Source: Thelocarpon superellum
Lineage: Eukaryota
DNA length: 53,630 bases
Direction of reading: 5' to 3'
Assembly: GCA_026025795.1 (NCBI GenBank)
Contig: JAPEUG010000079.1
Location: 1-53,630 of the forward strand
Shown: piece by piece, positions 50,463 through 53,630 of the stretch
Layout of the letters: each line of letters opens with the position of its first letter
How positions within the stretch are numbered: position 1 is the stretch's first letter
Notes under the pieces: generated by a model
Told to the model about the DNA's origin: nothing
What the model saw: the letters and a program-made list of their open reading frames with translations, nothing else
The model's database searches: none
Position numbers and translations under genes: made by a program

Positions 50463-51314
50463 CTACACTATCCACCCACTGCTCTCCTTCTCCCATCTTA
50501 TTGCTCGGCAGAGCAAGACGCCGACGATTGCCGAGACGAGGAAGAAGACACTGTGGTCATTCGTAGTCGTCAGCCTCGGAACCAACACGCACGGGAACAC
50601 GGAGCGGAGGCGAGAAGGAAGGCGAAGAGGCCACGAAAGAAAAGGAGGGGAGACCCACGCCAGAATGAAAGCCAAGACGACCGCAAAGCCCCAGGCGATG
50701 AAGGGGGGAGAATTGGCATAGACGTCGACCTGGCCCTGCGTCGGAAAACACATGAACGCGCCCGTCGCCGACCAGGCCAGCGCAGCGCCCACCTCCATCG
50801 GCAGCACGGCCGCCTTCCTGCTCACCACGACCAGCGTGCTATCGTTCCGATGCAGGACGGCCAGGCCATAGCCGATATGACCCCACGTCGCTGCCGTGAT
50901 GACCGCGCCTACGCCCACGATGGCGTCAAGGCGGTTCCAGTTCCCCGGGTGCGCGCGCGAGTAGATCAGCACGCTGATGTACAGCAGCGAGACGAAGAGT
51001 TCGAGGTAGCGCATGTAGAATTGCACTCCGCCGGCGCCGTAGCGGATGCGGAGGGAGGACGGGGAAGTGGATATGAAGGGTAAGAGGGCAGGAGTAGGGT
51101 TGCTTTGTGGGGCGGAGCGCTTTGAGGACGGCGCTGGAGAGGGGGCAAGGAGGTGTGAGGGTGATGGCGCCGGAGACGGGAGTCGGGAGGAGGACGCCGT
51201 AGGCGAGAGGTGGGGGGGCGAAGATGTCCGTGGGTTGAGATATGAGGGGGACGCCGTTGAAGGGGAGAGGTGGGATCGGGAGGGCGCGGGAGTGGGAGTG
51301 CTGGATGGCTCCAT
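50463..51314 (-). CDS. Hypothetical multi-pass membrane protein with Pro/Ser-rich N-terminus
   Basis: 283-codon ORF; about 85 aa of P/S-rich sequence, then 4-5 hydrophobic segments. Confidence 0.6.
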   Translation of the reverse strand: MEPSSTPTPAPSRSHLSPSTASPSYLNPRTSSPPHLSPTASSSRLPSPAPSPSHLLAPSPAPSSKRSAPQSNPTPALLPFISTSPSSLRIRYGAGGVQFYMRYLELFVSLLYISVLIYSRAHPGNWNRLDAIVGVGAVITAATWGHIGYGLAVLHRNDSTLVVVSRKAAVLPMEVGAALAWSATGAFMCFPTQGQVDVYANSPPFIAWGFAVVLAFILAWVSPPFLSWPLRLPSRLRSVFPCVLVPRLTTTNDHSVFFLVSAIVGVLLCRAIRWEKESSGWIV

Positions 51315-53630
51315 GATCTGATGATCACGGTGTGATATCTCCTTCGTGATCGTTATCGATGTCGGCTCCGTTTGACCCTGATAGATGATAGTGAAACGGA
51401 CGAAGAGCGTAGAGTACCACAGAAGACACCTGTGTGTGAGAGGGCGAGCATATGTACGAGCGGCGGGATGAAGAGGTCAAGATCCAAGAGGAAAAGACGA
51501 CTCGATTCCTGTTGGGCCGGCCCAGCCCGAATCGGTCTGCGAGTGCGGATCCGGATCCGGATCTGGATACGTAGATGATGAACAGCACGGGGACGATGGG
51601 CCCCAACGCGGCCCTGGCTTGGCCCCGGATCATATACAAACAACACCCAGAAGACTAGCCTACTAGTCTGATCAGCTGGACGATTCTGGACCGTGAACGT
51701 CATACAAGTACGACTTGTACCCTTGTACCACAAGCAGGTCAAGCAGGCGCATGCTGCTGCACACACAATGGACAGGGGCACGGGCCAAACTCAGCTCCGG
51801 TACGGTGATTAGTTACGTATGGTACTATCCGTCGTCACCTTGATTCACATATGTCAGTGGACGGATCGGTAGCAAGGTGGGCCGTTTAGACGAGTACCTC
51901 CTCGCGCGCAGCAAACATCTGGAACGGAGACATGAGCTAAATGTAGACCACGATCCTTCCGCTGTCCTCGAAGCGGCGGCGGCGGCGGCGGTGGCGGCGG
52001 GCTGTGCAACAGCGGTTCGTCTCCCCACCGTTTCCCTCCCTCGGCTTCGACGAGACCAGTCAGAGCAACACCGACCACTCGCTCCGGCCGCTGAATCCGA
52101 AACCCAAACTCCCCTCGCCCACCTCATCTCGCCCCATGAGGCGCGCGCAACGCGGGGGCCATGTTTGACCGGCTCGGTGGAGGTGAGCGAGCAACGCGAG
52201 TTTTGCCGGCGGTAGGGCTGAGACGAGAGAAAGCTACCGAAAGAGGTCGTCTCGGGAGTGAGCTTCTTACTTGTTGGGGTTATTTAGTGTTCAACCGTGG
52301 CGCTAGCTTGGCGGTTGGGGCTCCCTCCGCCCTTAATAATCTATCCCAAGAGTATTTGTGGTGCAGAATTTAGGGCAAATAACGAGCGTCAAATGGCTGA
52401 GGCGAGCAAGATCTATAAATATGATGTGAAACGACGATCTTCGCGTCCCTTGCGCTCTTACGACATCGTCCCAGCCATCTGTCCAGCGCGAGAGTGATAA
52501 ACCAACAAGTCGAACTGCAATTGACTCGAGAAAGAAATACCCGAATTGTACATTGTTCGAATGTTCTTGATTCGGAGCATCACTTTGTTTCCAGACTGTA
52601 ATTATGTTGTCCATTACTCTTATATTCTATTTCTTTCCGTTATCCCCTCCACCAACGCAATCTCCAAGCACGTCGGAGGCGTGGATACGGCGACGATGAA
52701 GATGAAGGGCACTTCAATCTTCAACCAGCCATGGCAGACAATGCCCACCGTCGCGCCAATCATGGCATTGGCCAAATTCAGCAATGATAGGATGTGCATC
52801 ACCACCAGGTACGTTGGCCATGACCTTCGGAGGTTGTTCGCTCGTGCGTCTCCGGATCCAGAGACTTGGGAACGATTCCCGACTAGTGAATCGCGTTGGG
52901 AGTCGTCATTCCAAAGGAGCACCCAATCTCGATTCCGAGGAAGGACGATGTTGGTATAATTCGCGTGGCCAGCCATGGGTTGGTTGTTGATTGTATATTC
53001 CGAAGCCTGATCTGCTGCATGGAGAACATAACGGTCCGAAGAGTGTAGGATCCTCTGAATGCTGTTGGCTCCACGTGGTCTTGGCTGCGAGGACTACGAT
53101 GCGATTGTTCTGCTCTGTTTCGTGAGTGATCATGGTGTGCCTATCAGATGATGCATCATTCCGCCTTGTCCATTGTTAGGGCATGTGACCTCAAACCAAA
53201 ATCCGACCGGATCTCCACGTCCAACGACACTGTTGACATGACAGTTCAAAAGATCATGTCAATGTCCGATGGGCAGTCTTTGGAAAAGGATGATAACGGT
53301 CTTTCATCCCCTTTTTGCCTTCCTGTAAACCCGACTGTTCGTTTCAAGTGCTCTGTTTAAGCATCAGCACCACTTGCATCTTCAAGTCGGACTGATCAAT
53401 CCGAACTTAGCGGCAATCGGGACACAAGACTTGCGAATCCTTCTCGGCCGTTCTTGCCTTTTCAACCCATTTTCCACGCGTGGCATCTCTACTGAATGAG
53501 GACCTCCTTGAATTGTCTGTGGATCTTCCTCTGCTAGGGACTCCGACAGGAACTTGGGTCGAGGAGCGTACTCATCGTCGTCCCAATAGACGGCATCCGG
53601 CATGCAATCACCAATCCAGGAGACGATCAA

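Noticed and set aside
51356..51368. 13-nt identity to LSU rRNA (TCGATGTCGGCTC), possible snoRNA guide on the minus strand
   Set aside because: No box D/D' follows and no box C on that strand; likely chance.
53233..53262. 9-bp inverted repeat TTGACATGA/TCATGTCAA
   Set aside because: Too short to support a MITE or structured RNA; no target-site duplication.

Overview
Gene-dense, GC-rich genomic DNA from a filamentous ascomycete (Pezizomycotina), inferred from short GT-AG introns with CTRAY branch points and a dispersed Pezizomycotina-type 5S rRNA gene. About 21 protein genes are supported, mostly housekeeping, in this order: RRP43, signal peptide peptidase, PPIL1-type cyclophilin, Rab escort protein, alcohol dehydrogenase, CysRS, TRM61, an alpha/beta-hydrolase, CipC, SYG1/XPR1, an Mmc1-like protein, calcineurin A, a conserved hypothetical, an SDR, ICln/Lot5, a long single-TM orphan, a mannitol/L-xylulose-type SDR, an MFS transporter, a cAMP-receptor-like GPCR, Opi1/CCG-8 and a small membrane protein. 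No CRISPR array, tRNA, intact transposon or biosynthetic cluster was seen. The best signal absent from the ORF track is a double-guide box C/D snoRNA inside the last intron of the Rab escort gene. One guide is the snR62/SNORD34 LSU guide; the other predicts an 18S methylation not known in S. cerevisiae. Other points are an esterase-fold protein lacking its catalytic triad, a dual-start CysRS, possible alternative calcineurin C-termini, terminal micro-exons, a deleted and frameshifted relic gene, and weaker structured-RNA candidates. All calls come from reading the sequence and recalled family motifs; no searches were run.
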